Assembly (NCBI RefSeq): GCF_009914755.1
Contig: NC_060934.1
Strand: one strand, 5' to 3'
DNA length: 64,000 nucleotides
DNA from: the human T2T-CHM13v2.0 reference genome, Homo sapiens
A program made the position numbers and the translations under genes. The notes under the pieces were generated by a model, which was not told the origin of the DNA, did not search any database, and saw only the letters and a list, made by a program, of their open reading frames with translations. Below are positions 1 to 12,837 of the stretch, in pieces (position 1 is the first letter of the stretch; the number at the start of each line of letters is the position of its first letter).

Positions 1-530
1 ACAGCAACAATATAGAGTCAGCCTCAGTATTCATCAATGGACAAATGTATGAAGAAGATGTGGTATATATACACACTGGAATACTATTTGGCCACAGAAA
101 GGAATGAAATGATGTCATTTGCTGCAATGGATGGAACTGGAGATCATTATGTTAAATAAGTAAGACACCAAAATACAAATACTGCATGTTCTCACTCATT
201 AGTGGGAACAAAAGGAGTTGATCTTTTGAAGATAGAGAGAAAAAATGGATACCAGGGGCAGGGAAGGGTAAGTGGGGTGAAGACAGTTTGGTTAATGGGT
301 ACAAACATACAGTTAGATAGAAGGAATAAATTCTAATGTTTATAGGGTGATTATGGTTAACAATAATGTATATTTCAAAATAGCTAGAAGAGAGGACTTG
401 AAATGTTCCCAAGACACAGAAACAGTAAATACTTGAAGTGATAATCCTAAATACCCTGACTTGATCATTACTCATTCTATGCATGTAGCAATATATCACA
501 TGTAGCCCATATTGTGTATCAACAAAAAAA
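1..530 (+). mobile_element. L1MA-type LINE-1 3' end
   Basis: ggatggaactggagatcattatgttaa, tactgcatgttctcactcat, gggtacaaacatacagttagatagaaggaataa, A-rich end. Confidence 0.8.
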
Positions 531-739
531 GTCTTGAAAAACTGAGATTCAATCATATGGTTAAACTCTCCCCCTATCCAACATCTAACCACCACACCAA
601 TAGAGCTCCAGCAAGAAAAACAGTGGATTACAGTTAAAAGAGATACACGACACAGACCCTCTCTGAGGAGGACTACTTAGGGAAGCCCAAGTCAAAAGGG
701 AGGGCCACAAATACAGCAGAAGAATTTGGAGCTAAGAAC

Positions 740-1810
740 CAAAAGAAACTGCTAGAAATAGTCAACATCGTAACAGAAATGAAGAATGCCTTCGATGGGG
801 TCATCATTAGAACAAACATGGCCAAGGAGAGTAGTATCAGTGAGCTTTAAGATATGTCAATAGAAACCTATCAAACTGAAAAAAGTGGGAGGCAAACATC
901 CAAGAACTGTGGGACAATTTCAAAATGTGTAACTTATCATAACGGGAGTATCAGAAACAAAAGAAAGGGAAAGCAGAGAAGAAAGAAGTAATAATGGCTG
1001 ACAACTTTTCGAAATTAATGACAGACACCAAACCACAGACCCAGGAAGCTCAGAGAACACCAAAAATAAATACCACCCTCACCAAAAAAAATCTACACCT
1101 ATGCATTTCATATTCAATCTGTAGAAAGGCAAAGACAACGAGAAATTTTTGAAAGAAGTCAGAGAAAAAACATATTACCTATAGAAGAAAAGAATAAAAT
1201 TATGGCAGACTTCTTGTGAGAAACTAGGTAAGCCAGAAGAAAGTGGAGTGAAATATTTAAAATGTTGAAAGAAAAAAGCCAGCCAACCTGCCCTGCAAGA
1301 AATGGGAAGTTCTTCAGGCAAAATGAAAATGATGTTGGTTAGAAGCTTGAACTACATAAGAAGAGCATCAGAGAATAAATAAGTGAAGATGAACAAAATC
1401 TTTACTTGTTCTTAATTGATCTGTAAGGTAATTGCTTGTTCAAAGTAATAAATGTAATAATGTGTTGAGTGATTATACCATATGGATAAGTCAAATGAAT
1501 GACATCAATGTTCTAAGGGCAGAAATGAGAAATTGGGAATGTGTTGTTATAAAATGCCTACACTACACTTGAAGGCAGGCTTGTATTTGGAAAAAAGTTT
1601 ATATTGTAAACTCTAGGGCAACCATTTAAAAATTCGTAAAAAGAATAACTGGTATGATAAGAGATAAAATAGAATCATAAATTGTTCAAAACTAAAGGAA
1701 GACAGAAAAAGGAAGGGATGAAGAGAGGACAAATGCAACAAACAGAAAAGAGTTACAAACATGATAGATATTCATTCAGTTATATCAACTATCACTTTAA
1801 ATGTGAAAGG
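740..1810 (+). mobile_element. Old L1M ORF1/inter-ORF remnant
   Basis: Degenerate ORF1-like text (gaaatgaagaatgccttcgatggg, ccaggaagctcagagaacacca) ending in an ORF2-start-like actttaaatgtgaa. Confidence 0.65.
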
Positions 1811-2324
1811 TCATTTAATTTCCTTCTGACTTGTACTGTAAACTAGGAGATGGATAAGTATTTTAAGGTGCTGATAAGCAGAATACCAAGTCAACAGCTT
1901 TGATTTGTTCAAATTGTTTCTTGACTACAGGGAGAAAAAAAAATAAAGGATGTCAATATCTAGTGATCCAAGCAACATATTGTTTTCTAGTAAATTCAGA
2001 AATCTGGTTGACTTTTTGTATATTGGTGGTCAAATTAAGGTTGGCATGCATTTCCATTGTATGAGGTATTATGAGATATTTATCACATTGATCAAAATTT
2101 GGCATGTGCTTGGGATACAAATAAAACATATAGCAATTAGGAAATCAGTCAAATTTTCCTCTCACACCTTATGGTGTAAATTTCTTGCTCCTCAGTCCAT
2201 GGTGAGAGTATGCTTTACCACCATAGGCATAGGTTTCTCTCACTGCAGACTCTTACTGAAGAGTTTATGAAAGCTCACAGTATTGATGGGGGAGGGGGGA
2301 AACTTGGCTTCCAATAGGACTTTT

Positions 2325-2455
2325 ACCAGTTACCAGTTGCATGCCCTTGGGCAAGTTATTTAATATATCTGAGTCACTTTGGTTGGTCTATCTGTAAAAT
2401 GGCAATAATAATTACACTTTGTGGATGTGTGAGGGTTAACTAATACATGTAAAAT
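2325..2455 (+). mobile_element. MIR fragment
   Basis: ccttgggcaagttatttaa...ctgag...tctgtaaaatgg core. Confidence 0.6.
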
Positions 2456-2964
2456 GTCTAACTTAAGTGAGCCAAAAAAAAAAAAAAAAAGACATTGAGA
2501 AAGCACATGTCCTTATACAGGCAATCCTTACCAAGTGTACAATGATACTCTAGAATACAATGAGCTTTCTCCTTGTCCTTCCTGGGATTTGCACACTAGA
2601 GACCCAGAAGATATGTCAATTCATGAATCAGTGTAGTCAGCCATGAAGAACAATCAGCAGTGGATTTCTTGATACATATGTGGCATGTAAACTCATAACA
2701 AATTTTTATATAATGATTTCTAGTTTTTTAGGGAAAAAAATCCTATTTTTAGCAAGTGCCAATATATCATTTCCACTTACTCAATTTACTTTCCCTTCAA
2801 TATGGCAGCAGCTGATAGTCAAAGTTAGTGAAAGGCTATAACAGTTAAATAAAGACCTATCCAAGGGTTTGGCTCTATTTGCCTAAAGAGGCCACCACAT
2901 TTCCCCTGTCTGATACACAAGTTTAAAGCCCCACACAGGAAAAGTTTTACTGGTTCTAATTTCC

Positions 2965-3257
2965 TTTTTTTTTTTTTTCGGAGATAGAGTTTCACTCTTT
3001 TGCTGGGGCTGGAGTGCAGTGGCACGGTCATGGCTCACTGCAGCCTCTGTCTCCCGGCCTCAAGCGCTCCTCCCACCTGTCTCCTGAGAGGCTGGGACCA
3101 CAGGCATGTATCACCGTGCCAGGTTAATTTTTGTATTTTTTGTAGAAACTGGGTTTCATATTGATCAGGCTGGTCTTAATCTCCTGGGTTCAAGTGATCA
3201 GCCCACCTCGGCTTCCCAAAGTGCCGGAATTACAGGCGTGAGCCACCACACCTGGCC
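2965..3257 (-). mobile_element. AluJ
   Basis: Poly-T, catggctcactgcagcctc, ends gagccaccacacctggcc. Confidence 0.9.
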
Positions 3258-3769
3258 TCTGGTTTTACATTTCTAGCCTCCTTAACACATCCTTTATCAA
3301 AGACACATCTCCACTGTTGACATTTTCCTTTAGTCACCACATCAGAAATAATAATAACCTTTTATTCTTTTTAAATAGTTATTTTCCATTACCACTGGTT
3401 TATCATAGTACTATTACTCTATTTCTCACTTTGGATTTACTTTTCCTTTCCATCTACACTGGAGAAGCTATATTACTGCCAGATATAGGAAAAAAAACAA
3501 TTTGGTTGAGAATTAGAGAATTCAAAATGTTAGTAAACATTGTTCTAAAGTTTGAATTTAACTTACATGTGACTCTTTTTATATATTAAAAAACTCTCTA
3601 GAATTTACTAAAGATTAGAATATATTTTAAGGAATCCCAAGGAAAAAAATCCAGATAATTATTAAAAGTCCCATGTCAAGCAGAAACACTCCATGAAGAA
3701 ATTCTGAAACTGATTTTCTATCTTGCTTTAATGGCTCCATTTATGACTTCTGTGAAGAATGTGAACACA

Positions 3770-5327
3770 GTAGAAATAACAGCCATTTATTTTAAGTATC
3801 AGTTTTTATTAAAAAGTGCATTTTGATTAATTTATGATCTAGGTAAGCTGTAAGATACCAGTATACTCTCTGGAATAATAACTTTACAAAGATTTAAAAC
3901 AAACAAAATTTTAAAAGCCTTTTTATTTCCTTCACCATTATTGTTTTACAATACAAATATCACCTTGTGAATACACAAAAAAATCCTACGGAAGATAATT
4001 CTGCTGCACGTAAAATACAGAATGGATATATATACTTCTTCATTCTTAAAAAACTATTTTGTTCTCCACATTGGCAAGTATAGAATAGAATACTTCCCCA
4101 AACATATGTATGTTAGGAGTAAAACTTAGAGTTACATGCAGTTTCTGCACAAATATCTTTTAAAGAAATAGATCTCTTTTTTGTTGTTCACCAACAAAAT
4201 TGTCATGAGAGTATGGATAACTAATTCATAGCTTTCAAGTTTTAGGTAAGTGATCATTTTCAAAACTCTCTTTAAGAAAAGATATTCATGGCTGTTTTCA
4301 TTGAGTAGTTAAAATCGAACTACCAAATCGACGATAAAATAATTTAAGTGGTACATGTCATTGCTACCTGATCACAATATGTGAACAGGCTCTGACTCTA
4401 ATTAACAACCTCATTATTTAAGTCATTGCAATTTTAAAACCATAAGCAGTCTTCTGATTCAATTTAGCTATAAATGCAAAATTTAGTAGTGTATACATAT
4501 ATTTATATTTTCAAGGAATACTTTATTTTAAATAAAAACATTTAAGATTGCCTACTGACCATACAATCAAGACAAGAAAGGCACTAGAAACATAGACAAA
4601 TTTCTCTCCCAAGATGCATTTTTAAATTTTAACTCTCTTCTCTCTGACATGTTAAAAATCTTTAAATTTGGTGTTCATAACATCATTTTGAAAAATAAAG
4701 TTAGGAAATACTTAGAAAATCACTTTATAACAGAATCTTTTTTTTTGCACTTTTTGAAACACTGCCTTTGCTGATTTTACAAAACCCAAAGTTACCAAAC
4801 CTTTCTGTGTCTATCATTTTTATTTGAATATCGGTGCAACAGGTAGAAAGATTTCAGAATCAAACCCCATTCAGGTACTTAGAAACCTTCATAGAGACAT
4901 TTGCTAGAAAATGGCTTACAGCCCAATCTTTGGGGCAAGAGATATGAAAAGTATGTTTTCCCAAGAAAATAATACGCTTTATTTCCAGATGTGACTGGAA
5001 AGACCAGAACTTATGATATAAAAGCTTACATTTATGCTGCTGCATCATATACAAAGGAACATGGTGGTTGCGGGTTATGTAAATCCCAAACTTATGAACA
5101 GGAAATGTGTACAGTGCATGATAGGTTAAATTTTTCTTTATTGTTGTCCAACGCAGGTCCTTTGGAGAGAAAAAAAGATCACAGTGCTGACCAGGTAACT
5201 CAATAGGTTAAGTCAAGGTAACCATTGAAAGATAATAGGATTAGGGAGGTGTTTATTTTATGGCATCTTCTCTCATGGAGTTCTTAGCACTTCGGACAAT
5301 TTGTCTTTTCCCCACTTTGTACAGCTG
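3770..5327 (-). other. SGMS1: SGMS1 3'UTR (~1.55 kb, AU-rich, no obvious repeats)
   Basis: Follows the stop codon; end inferred from tandem AATAAA and a downstream GU/U-rich tract. Confidence 0.75.
3786..3810 (-). terminator. Tandem poly(A) signals (AATAAA at 3810-3805 and 3791-3786)
   Basis: tttatt on + strand twice; upstream UGUA motifs near 3886-3976; downstream ttatttctactgtgtt on - strand. Confidence 0.7.
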
Positions 5328-5507
5328 TTATGTGTCATTCACCAGCCGGCTGTATTTAACTTGCCTACTGAGGTGGACTACTGGCCAGGGGAAAGGCCAA
5401 TGGTAAGATCGAGGTACAATTCCTTGGACATTCTTTTCAAAGTACTGAAATGGCCTGTACCACCACACCCTGGCCAGGAGGTTCATCTGGGAAGCTTCCT
5501 TTAGCAC
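5328..5507 (-). CDS. SGMS1: SGMS1 last coding exon (VLKEASQMN...SRLVNDT*)
   Basis: Acceptor cctAG|GTG; TAA at 5330-5328; total CDS 623+118+154+167+180=1242 nt = 413 aa. Confidence 0.97.
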   Translation of the reverse strand: MLKEASQMNLLARVWWYRPFQYFEKNVQGIVPRSYHWPFPWPVVHLSRQVKYSRLVNDT

Positions 5508-6167
5508 CTAGGATAACAAAGAAACATAAACACATTTCTTACAATCTTTCACTTTAAGTTCAAATACTTGCCACGCTAAAATTCCCAAAGGACTCCATAC
5601 CTGCCCTGCGTGTCCACCCACATATCCCAGCTTCTCTCTCTCATCACCATTCTACACTCCACATTCATCTACAAACTGAGCCACATCCCAGTAGAAAAAC
5701 AACGCCAATTCTGGGAGGGCAAGGAGAACTTATGGCTCACTCATCTCTTGCTTATAAATAAACACCTCAGTTAGCATTTTAGGTATTCCTCTTCTATGCT
5801 AAAAATGTTAACACTTAATTAAATGTTAAATATTAAGCTTGTGATGTGCCCCGGGTAGGGAGAAGAGGATAGGAAAGCAAATCAAGCAAGGAGGGACACA
5901 AGCTTAGAAAATATTTTTCATTTTTCAAGGACAATGAAAGTGCGTTCCTTATTCTAGAAGGAAGTAATTCCTCACATCATTATATTAATAAACTTTTTAT
6001 TCTTAATTCTGAAGAGAATCAATGTCACAAAAAAACAATACAATCTTAGTTGATTACTACTTAAGAAAGAGAAACTTCAGACATCCACAGGTTCTTTGCA
6101 CCCTGTCCAAGCCAGCAACATCAAGCCAGAAACAACAGAAGCTAAAATCAAAAGCGGGGAAACTCAC

Positions 6168-6334
6168 TTGCTGATTGGCCATAGTGTGATACCACCAGAA
6201 GAGTCTCGTGGTGATGTAATATGCCACCACCACGTCCACAGTGTAGTGGTCATGCGCTAAGAGAATACAGAAGATTCCAACTACGCTGAGAAGCCAGCAA
6301 ATCCAGTGATACCACCAGAGTCGCCGAGGGGAAT
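6168..6334 (-). CDS. SGMS1: SGMS1 coding exon 4 (167 nt; YSPRRLWWYH...HDHYTVDVVVAYY...MANQQ)
   Basis: Acceptor ctttcAG|AT; donor CAA|gtgagt; catalytic motif HYTxDVxxxY. Confidence 0.97.
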
Positions 6335-7114
6335 CTGAAAGGGGGAGAGATTTGCAATAGTCCCATTATTCAAATGACATTAAGGGCACCCAACTATGCC
6401 TCTACTAATGCTTCTGAATCCAATTACCTTGAGTCTTCCCTTCTGAAAACAGATCTAGTGAATCTAAGGGCTGTCATTTATCTGTAACCAAGGTTAGAAC
6501 AGAAACAGCTTTTTATGATGTGATTATACTAGTGATAGTAATTCATATTTGGTTCTTACTTGATTCATACAATCATAAATAGAGTTTAAAAGATGAGGCT
6601 AATCAAATAAGGACAGGTTAATGCATCATGTTTCGTTTTTAAAAACTGTCCATTGACATTTAAATTTACCTCTAGCTAATTTGGGGTTGATGCTCTACAC
6701 AAAAATCAATACCTTTTGGCCCATAGAGCCTAATACAAGGACTAAGCAGTCATAACTGATTTAACTGTACTGCTTTCCAAGTTCTGCAACCATACACTAA
6801 TCTGAAAGTCTTTGAGATTTTCATTTCTCAAATACAAGCAGAAAAGCATCCAGACGCCTGGGAATTCTAGTTCAAGTGCCTTCTCAAAGGTCGAATGGTG
6901 TCAGATAAATACTTGTCTGTATCCCCATTTGGGAAATTACCTGAGAAAAACATCAAAATTTCTATTAGTGCAGGCCTTTCTACCTTGGATTCTCAATTGT
7001 GGGATTCAGAGGCTCTGCAGTGTTAGGCAAAATGTTGTTTGAATATGATCTATACTCTCTACACCAGCATGACAGGTTCAGACTTTTATTGGATTCTCAA
7101 TGGGTCCAAGAACC

Positions 7115-7400
7115 AGTCATTCATTCAACCAATATTCATTGAGCCTCTTACATGCCAGGGACAGGCAATGCTCTAGGTACCTGGATCAATGAATAAAAAA
7201 GGCAAGGAGCCTGCCTTTGTGGGAAGATCCCTTCCTAGTGGGGAAGAGAGATAAGAGACAATACTTATAATAAATAATTTACACATTATGTTAGGTGTTA
7301 AAGGCTGTGGAAAAATAATAAAGTTGAGCTGGATAAGGGGGATCAGAAGTATAGGGAGTGAAGGGCAGTTTGCAATTTTAAATGGAGCAGTTAGGGTAGG
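7115..7400 (-). mobile_element. L2 3' end
   Basis: cattcattcaacca-atattcattgagc...atgccagg terminal motif. Confidence 0.55.
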
Positions 7401-9447
7401 AATATTCTAGTAATATTTGTATTTGATACCTTGACAATACAAAAACAAGAAACAGCTACCATTCAGTCTCTGTGTGACTCTATTAGTATCCATATATGCC
7501 ATCTAATTTTAATGTTCATAAACTTTTTCCCACCCGATGAAGCAGATGTGAATATCTCATTCTAAACATGAGGAAACTAAGACTTAGGTTAAAGTTTCTT
7601 CCCAGGGTCATAGAGCTAGTAAGTGATAGTACCAACGCCTCTGCCTCTCAATATGACACATTGCCTTATTGTCAAGATGGATAAGCCTTGACCCCGTTAA
7701 AGAATTTCAGGTATCAGGCAGCAGGAGCCAGGAATCCCTCCCCCAGGGGTGCTGACATCTGGCCTATGTGATTCCTACTGTCCACATCCAGTTACATTCC
7801 AGTCCAAAGGCTAGATTATGCCCTGACAATTCTGAACAGATCTTGCTAGAACTCACTATATCTGCTCACGTACTAAGTATAAGCACTGGAACATCTATTC
7901 TCCCTTTTCTATCTCAGTGCCCTGAAGTGCATCTCTCTTCCCTTCCTGTATTTCCTTATCTTAGTTTTTCAAGAACAAAACTAGGTTTCGACCCAGTCCA
8001 CTACCTGTTTTCTCTACCCCATAATCCATCCTGTTATCTGCTGACTCTCTTTATTAATGTCTTAAAGTGTCTGTCACTTCTCTCCATCCCTGATGCCATC
8101 AGGCTAGTTTCCTTTGTTACTGCAGCAATCTCCTAACTTTTCTCCCGGTCTCCAGTTTGGTCCCCCATCCAGTCCATCCTGCAAGCTGCTGCAAGAGTGA
8201 TTTTTCTCTCTTCAAAGACAAATGACACTGCCCCACTGGTTACAACCCCTCAATGGGCACCCGATCTACATCAGCTGAGAGTTCAGACCCTCTTCTTGTG
8301 GCTTAAGCACCCCCTGTGATCTGGTTCCCACTTACCTGTCCATTCTTATTATTACCCCTACTCTGAATTCCACCCACTTAAACTTCCAGAGAGTACCACA
8401 TGCTCCCAAGACACCTCCAGAAGGCAAAGCATCTCCCTCCTCTGTGATACCACAGCAGCCTGGTTCTACTCATTGCTCTTCATGGAAACCCCCCTGTATA
8501 ATGCTTATCAGACTGTTTCTAACAATGTGATATTGAGCATAATAAAATTTTCCATAAGTAGAGAAATGAATAAATATGTGTAGTTCATTTCTAGCACTGT
8601 AATATTAATAGCAATTAAAGTGAATGGACCAAAATCTCATATCTCAAAAACATAATTTGAGGGTAAATAGTGGCAGAAGAATATAAATGGCAGTATGCCA
8701 TTTATGTATATAAATTTAAAAAACCACAAAACAATAATACACAAGTCCAAAAAAATGGATGGAAATGATATAGGAAAGGAATGAAAAGGTTTTAATCATA
8801 TATTAATATTTCATTTCCTTTCTAAAAGGGTTATCTGAATTAAATATGACAAAATGCTAATATATATTAAATCTGAGCCATGTATGCGGTATTTATAATA
8901 TTATTTTGTGATTTCACAATAAAATATTTTAAGTACGTTTCTTAAGGGAAATTTCCCATTTAGTATCTGCCTCAGCCCTGAGCCCATGGCCTTGTTGAGG
9001 ACAGGGATGAGTCTGACCCATCACTGTACCCTCAGGCATGTAGCATAGTGCCAAGTGCTGAAAAAATAGTTGCTGCATCAACACATAATCTACCATCACC
9101 CAATCAGGCTTGATACTGGATTTCTGTGTCCCTTTGAGATTTCCATCTGGCTCCTTACAGCAGCTGTATAACTGGCTCATAACACACCCTGCAGGCTGTG
9201 CTTGGAACTGCCTCCACCCCAGTACTACAGATGACACTCCAGGACACCTCGTCCTCAGGAAGACCAGTTCTGTCCTTCCACATATTTCCCTGGGTGCCAG
9301 TTGCATGGCGATGAGATGAAGCTGCAAGCCTCCTGAAGCCTCCAGTCTTGCTTCAGCAGATTTTCCAGAAAATGAGCTTTACCAGAGGACCAGAGTTCAT
9401 GAGAAATGGCAGGTGAGGAAATTACAATGGAAGTCTTTTAGACTTAC

Positions 9448-9601
9448 ACTCTTTGATAAATAAGTAGGTAAGTGTTAGCATGACCGTGTGGCCGCTGTAC
9501 AGATAGTCCCCACACATGTTGTGAGAGCCAGTGATAGACAAGCCACCTCCAGCAATGAGCTTCATTATTCTTCGCAGTTGGGCTTCCCAGTCTCCGAAAA
9601 G
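9448..9601 (-). CDS. SGMS1: SGMS1 coding exon 3 (154 nt; LFGDWEAQ...CGDYLYSGHT...FIKE)
   Basis: Long pyrimidine tract plus ccAG| acceptor; donor T|gtaagt; catalytic motif CGDxxxSGHT. Confidence 0.97.
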
Positions 9602-10321
9602 CTGGCAGAAAAAAAGAAAAGAAGAAAAAGAAGATTCATTACGAGCCCACATGAAAATGTGCGAAGATTACTATTCATATCCAGAATTAAGCTTATATTA
9701 AGAAACATAAAATCCCCACCAGGAAGTTTGCCCACTCAGTGTTTACCATTCCAAGAGTAGCCCTTGGGGCGGGGGGGTGGGATGGTCCTACAAATGAATC
9801 ACGTGGCTTCAGGACTTTTCACAGTTAGCACTTTTTAAAGCACGTGTCAGTAGATGTTTCCCCAGTTTTTCAAAAATTACAATGACAGAGAAACAGTACT
9901 TCTATCTGACTGACTGAATAATTGCTTTAGTATAACTATCATTTGGGAAAAATAAAATTTAAATCTGTAGTCTAGGAAAAATTTAAAGATGTATTTTTAT
10001 CATGGTTGGCCTAGAAGACAACTGTCCTACTACACTTGGCTAAAGCAGCTGAAGGTTTGGGTAGTCAAATATATGAATATTTTTGGTATGTGGATGTTCA
10101 GGGATCATGTTGAAACAAGGGATGTGCCTTTAATCTTCTCAAATTATGTAGGTAACATTGAATAATTTTCCAGATTATAAATTAATTTACCTGTCTATGA
10201 TACAAGTCTGGGCTGGACACCGGAGTAATAAATAGCTTGAACAACTCATTCATTACAACCTTTATTTGCTCGGTCAAGTAAAATGTGTAACTGTCTATAT
10301 TTTATGCTTGTTAGTACTCTT

Positions 10322-10398
10322 TTAAATTCTGGTTGTCTAATTTAATTACCATGATCCAATTTAATTAAATTCTGGTTGTCCAATTTAATTACCATGAT
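10322..10398. repeat. Direct duplication, 34 bp x2 (period 43)
   Basis: ttaaattctggttgtcYaatttaattaccatgat at 10322-10355 and 10365-10398, 1 mismatch. Confidence 0.9.
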
Positions 10399-10569
10399 TT
10401 CAATATTTAACTTATAAGAATCTAGCTTTGGGCAACATGTTTTATTATAATTTCCTTTTAAAAAATTATCAAGACTTCTGATTAAGGATGGAAGGATGAT
10501 ACATCAGTGAAGTGTGAGAAATTAAAAAAAAAAAAAAAAGAATGGCAGATGGAGCACACCACACAGAGG

Positions 10570-11750
10570 ATATAAATTTCCAAATCCAAAGAGATCACTG
10601 AATGCTCAACATAATGGAAGAAAACAGATCTACATATCAAGACTCAGCATCATGGGATTTTAGAATCTGGGGACTAAGAAGAGACTCTAAAGCCTCCAGA
10701 GATTAAAAACAAGCTTTACATGAAGGATCATTAGAATAAGACTTTTCAAAAGCCACACTGAAAAACAGAAAGCTTTGAGAAAATGCCTTTAGATTTTGTG
10801 GGAAAATGATTTCCCACTTAGAATTCTGTACCCAGCCATATTACTACTAAGCATAAACTGAAGGATAAACTAAGGATAAATTAAAGCCTTTTTCATATAT
10901 ACACGATTTAAAAATATTTACCGCTTATATACTCTTTTCCAGGAATCACAGAGGGTACAGTCTCCAAAACAAGGGAGTAAACATGGAGAAAAGAAGAAAT
11001 GGGACTCACTACGATGCCAAAAAAGGAGAGATGAAGGACTTCACAGTAGCTCACAAGTTTGGGCTGGAAAGCAAACAGCCAGAATGCTCTGGAGGGATGT
11101 CATCATGGAGATGAGCCCAACAGAATACCCAATGCCTCTGGCTGTATTGAGAGGAGTTTCATAACTTGGGGGTGAGTAAGTGCAAAGAAAACTACTAAAG
11201 CAAAAAACCAAGGCAATTACTAACTCTACAGGAAACAAAATGTTGTGCAGAGAAGGAAAGTAATTCTAGGAAACGACATGACTTGGCCATGAATAGCATT
11301 TACAGAACTGTAATAATGTAAGCACTGCATATTGAGCTAAACGAAGGACAAAGAACTGCACAGCAAAGACAGGATAGGAAACTTGAACGTGTGTAGTGGA
11401 GATGGGGTCGGAGGGTAGGGATCATGAAGGAGGAGTCACAGACGGACACTAAAGCTTTGCCTTCTACAGCAGAAGTCAGTAACGGTGAATGCCTATATTC
11501 AAAAATTACAGAGTAACAATATCTCATGTCACGTGGAGACACAAAAGTAAACACATTAAAAAATCTAAAAAAAAGAGTGAATGACATAGAGTTAAATACC
11601 ACAAGGTTCAGCTAAAAGAGTTGAAGGAGAATAGGAAAAGGCGCTGTTGGGGTCAGGACCAGGAGACTACTGTTTTTTCACATCGAGTTGTGTAGAACCA
11701 TTTTAGTTTTCAAATTGCATGCCTGCATAAACATTATAATTTTTTTTAAA
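10570..11750 (+). mobile_element. Ancient L1M remnant(s)
   Basis: Degenerate ORF1-like sequence (aatgccttt...gaaaatgatttccca...agaattctgtacccagcca). Confidence 0.5.
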
Positions 11751-12837
11751 GTTTCAAATTAAAAGTTTGGTCCAGTTCTGTTATAACAATGGATAAAATG
11801 TAGAAGAAAATTATGGCAAAAAAGCTTGGGTATTTCTTCATTTTACATTATTTCATAATGCTTTTCTAAAATTCCCTCTGTGTTTTAAAAATGATAAATC
11901 ATATTCTCAAGGCAGCATCACCCATACTTTGTCCTCTCATTTGAGCAAGAAAATCTTTGTGGTGAAACAATGTGTTTGGGCAGAAAGGAGAAATTATGAA
12001 GTAAACCTGGCACTGAGGAAAAAGGCAAAAATTTAATGCTGTATTTCTTACAGGTACCCTTAGAGACCCTAAGCTTCCTTTTAAAAATATCTTCCTATGT
12101 TTATCAAACTTCTGCAAAGGGAAAACCTCTTTAAGCTTAGTGAGAAATAGAAAAAGAGAAAGAAAAATTTAAATTATGTTTAAAAAAAGCAAACAAAATA
12201 CAAGACAAATTACAAAACAGTTGCAGCAGAAACAAGTTAATATCTATATTGTTTACATAGCACAGAGAAATCAAGTAAAATAAGACCAACTTAGGAAACA
12301 AAACTTATCAAAGGACAAGGGATGTGACCACATAGAGGCATAAATTCCGTCAAACAAATATAAATAAAAATGAACATAACAGGAGCTCATTTTCCCATGT
12401 TGAATTAGCAAAGCTTAAAAGAAAAAAGAGTGAGCTAATGGTGAGGCAAGCACAAGGACGGCGAGGCTTGTTTAAATGGAGGGGATGGGGGGAAGCAGTG
12501 GCTGTCTCCAAAGTAGTGCAGGGGAAGAGCAGGCCACGAAACAGATATCTGCGGGTAAAATCACAGCTCTTCGAATGATTTGCTGTGTGACCTTATACAG
12601 CTGAACCATTCTAAGCCTCGATTTCCTCATCTACAATTTGGGAAGAATATATTTATTATCACTGGCAAAATCTTCTGAGAAAATAATCACCAATAGTTTA
12701 CCAGCAATTTAAACAGTCATAACTTCTGACCCAGTCACATTGCTTCTAGGAGTCTACCTCAAAGAAATAATACCAAATATGAAGAAAAGTTCTATGTGCA
12801 AAAATATCCCACTGTAACACTAATCACAAAAGCAACA

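Noticed and set aside
9422-9447. Read-through of coding exon 3 (…IKECKSKRLPL*)
   Set aside because: Very short extension, loses the HYTxD motif, and no nearby poly(A) signal noticed
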